A stretch of 37,070 nucleotides of DNA from Candidatus Ryanbacteria bacterium (GTDB taxonomy: Bacteria; Patescibacteriota; Minisyncoccia; Ryanbacterales; GWA2-47-10b). This document shows, piece by piece, positions 33,061 to 37,070 of this stretch (the stretch's first letter is position 1; the number at the start of each line of letters is the position of its first letter). Made by a program: the position numbers and the translations under genes. Location: positions 1 through 37,070 of the forward strand of contig SICQ01000003.1 of the NCBI GenBank assembly GCA_009691385.1, read 5' to 3'. The notes under the pieces were generated by a model, which saw only the letters and a program-made list of their open reading frames with translations, did no database searches and was not told the DNA's origin.

Positions 33061-33159
33061 GAGTCTTGTATTGCCCTTTTCGCCAGCTCTCGGTATGTTC
33101 TTGGTATTAGATACGCAAGGTCGTAGATACTAGCAATAAATTAAGTACTTTTTGGGGAT

Positions 33160-33294
33160 ATGATACTACACACACAACCTTGGGCCGCAGACGACGAAAA
33201 GGAGTTCGCCGATGAAGATGAACTGACCGATGAAGAAGTGAGTGAAGACGACGCGGATGATGACGATGATACTTTTGAAGAAGAAGGCGTATAG
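33160..33294 (+). CDS. 44-aa hyperacidic microprotein
   Basis: MILHTQPWAADDEKEFADEDELTDEEVSEDDADDDDDTFEEEGV (22/44 Asp/Glu), between a promoter candidate and a terminator; below the track cutoff. Confidence 0.7.
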   Translation: MILHTQPWAADDEKEFADEDELTDEEVSEDDADDDDDTFEEEGV

Positions 33295-33299
33295 TCCCT

Positions 33300-33327
33300 A
33301 CACCCCCGCAGTTGCGGGGGTGTTTTC
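33300..33327 (+). terminator. Intrinsic terminator
   Basis: acacccccgca-gt-tgcgggggtgt followed by tttc. Confidence 0.8.
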
Positions 33328-33362
33328 TTGAAAAAAGGCCTTATTTTTGATATAAAAGGTGT

Positions 33363-35837
33363 GTGATTTTTCGATCGTTACGCAAAAGGCGCAAACACAA
33401 ACTACTCCTCACTATCCTCGCTGTCATGACTGCCGGTGTATTTCTTTTTATACTGGCGGGCGCCCTTTTGTTTACATTCATCAAAATACCTACTCTTGAA
33501 GATTTCCGAGAACGCAAGGTAGCTGAGTCGACAAAGATCTATGACCGCACGGGTAAAGTGCTTTTATGGGAAGTCCATGGGGAGGAACGCCGTACGGTAG
33601 TGCTATTTGAAAATATCTCACGCAATGTAAAAAATGCGACTATCGCTATCGAAGATTCAAACTTTTATTCGCATCATGGTATCAGCCCCCTTTCTCTCTT
33701 TCGTGTCGTCTTTCTTAATATCTTTCAGGGTAAGCAAGTAGGTAGTGGTGGATCAACTATCACTCAACAACTTGTCAAAAACACTTTGCTGACGCGTGAG
33801 CAAACCCTTATCCGTAAAGCAAAAGAAATCATTATCGCGATCAAACTAGAATCCGCCTACTCAAAAGACGATATTCTCAACCTCTATCTCAACGAAATCC
33901 CTTATGGATCAAATACCTATGGTATTGAATCTGCCGCACAAAACTTTTTTGGTATATCAGCGTCCGATGTGTCACTCGCCGAGGCAGCGTATTTAGCAGC
34001 CCTCCCCCAAGCCCCCACTCGCTATTCACCTTATGGCAATAATCGAAAAGATTTGGAAGCACGCAAAGATCTTGTACTCGAACGAATGCGCACCCTTCAG
34101 TATATTTCGACGGAAGAATATGAGAGTGCCAAAAAAGAAAAGGTGGCATTCCTCCCCCAACGCAAACAGGGGCTCCTCGCACCACACTTTGTGATGTATG
34201 TCCGTGAGATGCTCAATGAAAAATATGGCGAAGATGTTGTAGAACAGGGTGGCTTAGAGGTTATCACAACCCTTGATGCGAGTTTGCAAGCAACCGCTGA
34301 AGAAATAGTTGCGCGTCGAGCGCCTGATATGCAGAAAAATTTTAATGCATCAAATATAGCACTGACCGCTATTGACCCGAAGACCGGCCATATCCTCGTT
34401 ATGGTTGGCTCGCGTGATTATTTTGATGTCAATAATGATGGTAATTTCAATGTGGCACTCGCGCGCCGCCAACCCGGATCCACTTTTAAACCCCTTGTCT
34501 ATGCGACCGCCTTCAAAAAAGGAATTACACCGGAGACGGTAGTATTTGATCTTGAGACAAATTTTGCGGCAGCTGGCGACCCATATGTGCCACAAAACTA
34601 TGATGAAAAATATCGCGGTCCCATCACACTTCGTCAAGCGCTCGCTCAATCTCTCAACATACCTGCGGTAAAAACACTCTATCTCGCGGGTATCGGCGAT
34701 TCTATTGAGACTGCGCGTGATTTTGGGATAACCACTCTTACCAACCAAAACCGCTATGGCCTTACCCTCGTGCTTGGTGGTGGAGAAGTATCTCTCTTAG
34801 AACTTACCTCTGCGTACGGTGTGTTCGCGAATCAGGGGGTGAAAATAAATCACCACCCTATTATTCAAATCAAAGATAAGAACGGGACTATTTTAGAAGA
34901 AGAAAAAATACAATCCGAACCAGTCATAGACGCCAATATCACCAATATGATCTCGAGCATCCTCTCTGATAACATCGCGCGTACACCAGCATTTGGTGCG
35001 CGCTCTCCTCTTTATTTTGATGGGATGTCTGTCGCTGCGAAAACTGGTACTACCAACGACTATCGTGATGTCTGGACAATTGGGTATAACCCTAATATTG
35101 TTGTTGGGACTTGGGCGGGAAATAATAACAACTCTTCGATGACCAAAAATGTCGCAGGTTTTATCATCGCGCCACTCTGGCGCGAATTTATGGATACAGC
35201 GCTCGCACAGGTAGAAAAAACTTCTTTTACCCCACCTCAACCAACTGGTGCCAAAAAACCAGTATTACGCGGTGTTTGGCGTGGATCGCGTGCCTATGAG
35301 GTTGATAAGATATCAGGTAATCTTGCCACCACCTTTACTCCTCAAGACCAGCGAGAAGAGCGAGTAACCCAAGAAGTCCATTCGATCTTGTATTGGATTA
35401 ACAAAGACAACCCTGATGGACCTATACCTACCAACCCTGCGCAAGACCCTCAATTTTCACTTTGGGAGGCCCCTGTACGCGCTTGGGCGGAACAAAATGG
35501 ATATAAAGATGGTGATAGTTTAGGAAAACCGATTGAGTATGACTCTTCTCACTCGCCTGAAAACTGGCCTGTGATTTTATATCCAAAAGATGAAGAGCAG
35601 AAAATATTTAACTATGGGGATGATATTATCTTCCACCCAACTATTACCGGTAAATATTTTGTTATTGATATTGAGATATTTGTTGATGGCGAATATGTGC
35701 GATCGGAAAAACGAACACCTCAAAATCTTGAGATTGGAGACTATGAAAGTGGTGAACACACCTTAAAACTTAAGGTGTATGATAGTATTGGAAACAAACA
35801 AGAACGAGAGATATCTTTTATTATCGCGGCCCCTTAA
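33363..35837 (+). CDS. Class A penicillin-binding protein (PBP1A family) with a C-terminal Ig-like domain
   Basis: TM anchor; glycosyltransferase motifs EDSNFYSHHG, GGSTITQQLVKN and YLN; transpeptidase motifs STFK, SLN and KTGT. Confidence 0.95.
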   Translation: MIFRSLRKRRKHKLLLTILAVMTAGVFLFILAGALLFTFIKIPTLEDFRERKVAESTKIYDRTGKVLLWEVHGEERRTVVLFENISRNVKNATIAIEDSNFYSHHGISPLSLFRVVFLNIFQGKQVGSGGSTITQQLVKNTLLTREQTLIRKAKEIIIAIKLESAYSKDDILNLYLNEIPYGSNTYGIESAAQNFFGISASDVSLAEAAYLAALPQAPTRYSPYGNNRKDLEARKDLVLERMRTLQYISTEEYESAKKEKVAFLPQRKQGLLAPHFVMYVREMLNEKYGEDVVEQGGLEVITTLDASLQATAEEIVARRAPDMQKNFNASNIALTAIDPKTGHILVMVGSRDYFDVNNDGNFNVALARRQPGSTFKPLVYATAFKKGITPETVVFDLETNFAAAGDPYVPQNYDEKYRGPITLRQALAQSLNIPAVKTLYLAGIGDSIETARDFGITTLTNQNRYGLTLVLGGGEVSLLELTSAYGVFANQGVKINHHPIIQIKDKNGTILEEEKIQSEPVIDANITNMISSILSDNIARTPAFGARSPLYFDGMSVAAKTGTTNDYRDVWTIGYNPNIVVGTWAGNNNNSSMTKNVAGFIIAPLWREFMDTALAQVEKTSFTPPQPTGAKKPVLRGVWRGSRAYEVDKISGNLATTFTPQDQREERVTQEVHSILYWINKDNPDGPIPTNPAQDPQFSLWEAPVRAWAEQNGYKDGDSLGKPIEYDSSHSPENWPVILYPKDEEQKIFNYGDDIIFHPTITGKYFVIDIEIFVDGEYVRSEKRTPQNLEIGDYESGEHTLKLKVYDSIGNKQEREISFIIAAP

Positions 35838-36117
35838 AAGCAACTCTTTCTACAATACCTTGTGGCGTGCTATCACGAAGCTTACCAAGTATCTCGTGTT
35901 GGCGTTGATGTACATAATGTTTTAAAATCGCTGACGCAGTATAGATGATAACTGTCTCGTCGCGATATTCAGCTTGATATTGCCCTTCGTATCCAACTAA
36001 AATCGCTTGGAGTGCTTTGGTGATTGTTTCGTTTGATCGTTTTCTTGTAAGCTCATATGATCTATCAATCCGAGTAAATGCGTCTGGTAGAAGGACGAAA
36101 ATGCGATTAAAACTCAT
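35821..36117 (-). CDS. DciA (DUF721)-like protein
   Basis: 98 aa with the pattern VIIYTASAILKHYVHQRQHEILGKL; coupled to the 3' end of dnaN. Confidence 0.6.
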   Translation of the reverse strand: MSFNRIFVLLPDAFTRIDRSYELTRKRSNETITKALQAILVGYEGQYQAEYRDETVIIYTASAILKHYVHQRQHEILGKLRDSTPQGIVERVAFKGPR

Positions 36118-37070
36118 ACATTACCCTTCATTGGCATTACAATATAAATTGATCCTTCACGGTTAGTTGGTTTAATAAGGAGTGGTTGTGATTCAGAATT
36201 GAATCCAAAAAATAATTTTTCTTCACTATATGATTCGACTCCTTGAAGGAGGTATTGGAAATTAAAAACAATAGAAACATCCTCGCCATCGAACTCACCC
36301 CTCATAACACCTTTATAGGTACCTTGATTATTCTTACTCTCAATCGTGATAGTTTTGTTTTTTATATCGAGTGCGAAAGACACGCTATTGAGTTTATTTG
36401 CAAAGATACTCGCTCGTCGTAATTGAGCTACAATCTCTTGGCGTACAACTGTGCCATGAGTTTTAAATGTCTTGGGGATAATCTGTTGATAATCTGGGAA
36501 ATTCCCCTCTGTAAGTCGTGAATAAAGTGTTATATCTCCAAATTTAAATAATCCCTCACCCTTACCTATTAAAAACTCTACCTTATCACTATCACTCTGA
36601 TCGGTAAGGCGAATAATCTCTTCAAATGTTCGTGATGGGAGTAAAAAGATTTCTTTTGGATTTTTTATAGATAGTGCCGCGAGCTTTAACCTCTCTTCAC
36701 CTAAACGAAAACTATCCGTAGAAGCTATAAGGAGTACTTCCTTTTCAAGAACCGCTAATACACTTGCGAGCTCTGGTTTGATGGCGCTTTTTGATACAGA
36801 AATGAGAACTCGAGAGAAAAATTGTGATATATCTTTTTTAAAGATGGTCGCCTTATACAACTCTTTAAGTGTGGGAAATGGAGGAAAATCTTCTTGCGGG
36901 TATCCTTTTATATTCGTTTCCTGTCCTTGTACAGTAAGGATAATATCAACACCACTACTCTCAATGGTAATCTTTTCATCTTTAGATAATGTAGATACAT
37001 AAGAGAGAAATTGTTTTGATGGCACTACTACACTACCTTGTTCACTTACTGTACAGCGAACTGTTGTTTG
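36114..37070 (-). CDS. dnaN: DNA polymerase III beta sliding clamp (5' end outside the window)
   Basis: Motifs EDFP, STDSFRL, SRLTEGNFPDY, FNFQYL and YIVMPM; the frame stays open to the window edge (QTTVRCTVSEQGSVVVPSK). Confidence 0.95.
   Translation of the reverse strand, partial: QTTVRCTVSEQGSVVVPSKQFLSYVSTLSKDEKITIESSGVDIILTVQGQETNIKGYPQEDFPPFPTLKELYKATIFKKDISQFFSRVLISVSKSAIKPELASVLAVLEKEVLLIASTDSFRLGEERLKLAALSIKNPKEIFLLPSRTFEEIIRLTDQSDSDKVEFLIGKGEGLFKFGDITLYSRLTEGNFPDYQQIIPKTFKTHGTVVRQEIVAQLRRASIFANKLNSVSFALDIKNKTITIESKNNQGTYKGVMRGEFDGEDVSIVFNFQYLLQGVESYSEEKLFFGFNSESQPLLIKPTNREGSIYIVMPMKGNV

Noticed and set aside
33050-33160. oriC
   Set aside because: Only one DnaA box and no box cluster or clear unwinding element; the origin is more likely beyond dnaN, outside the window.
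1-37070. CRISPR array, cas genes, retron/DGR reverse transcriptase, integron integrase or prophage
   Set aside because: No regularly spaced repeats and no ORF with the relevant motifs; the direct repeats found occur only as pairs.
1-37070. Alternative genetic code (TGA recoded)
   Set aside because: Conserved genes are full length in code 11, and several end at TGA in the expected place (uppS, ruvA, ruvB, yebC, dnaN).

Overview
A dense, streamlined bacterial chromosome segment in standard code 11 (TGA is used as stop). It looks like a Patescibacteria/CPR (Parcubacteria-type) genome close to the replication origin, since dnaN and a DciA-like gene lie at the right edge; the taxonomy is an inference from gene content. 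Most genes are housekeeping: hinT (partial), uppS, tsaD, tsaE, valS, prsW, hsp20, a trmH-like methylase, a murE-like ligase, ruvA/B/C, uvrB, rpsT, holA, polA, pilB/gspE, yebC, pbp1A and dnaN, plus five tRNAs. Main observations: (1) a REP-associated (HUH/Y1) transposase with paired palindromes sits in an 864-bp unit bounded by a perfect 33-bp direct repeat of the 3' end of an unannotated ~220-nt rod-shaped RNA (6S-like). (2) Two more gene-end duplication scars exist: the 5' end of hinT around a small membrane-protein gene, and the 3' end of tRNA-Phe. (3) A membrane-anchored Clp/Hsp100 ATPase has a degenerate first AAA+ ring and no pore-loop aromatics, and is tightly coupled to membrane proteins. 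(4) Expression signals come in two tiers: most genes look leaderless (-10 box 6-7 nt before the start codon), while four orphan cassettes have Shine-Dalgarno sites and 3' hairpins, three of them capped by a shared TCAT motif. (5) Two unannotated microproteins are present, one 50% acidic next to a DnaA box and one basic with a Zn-finger-like motif. All product calls come from motif recognition, not database searches.
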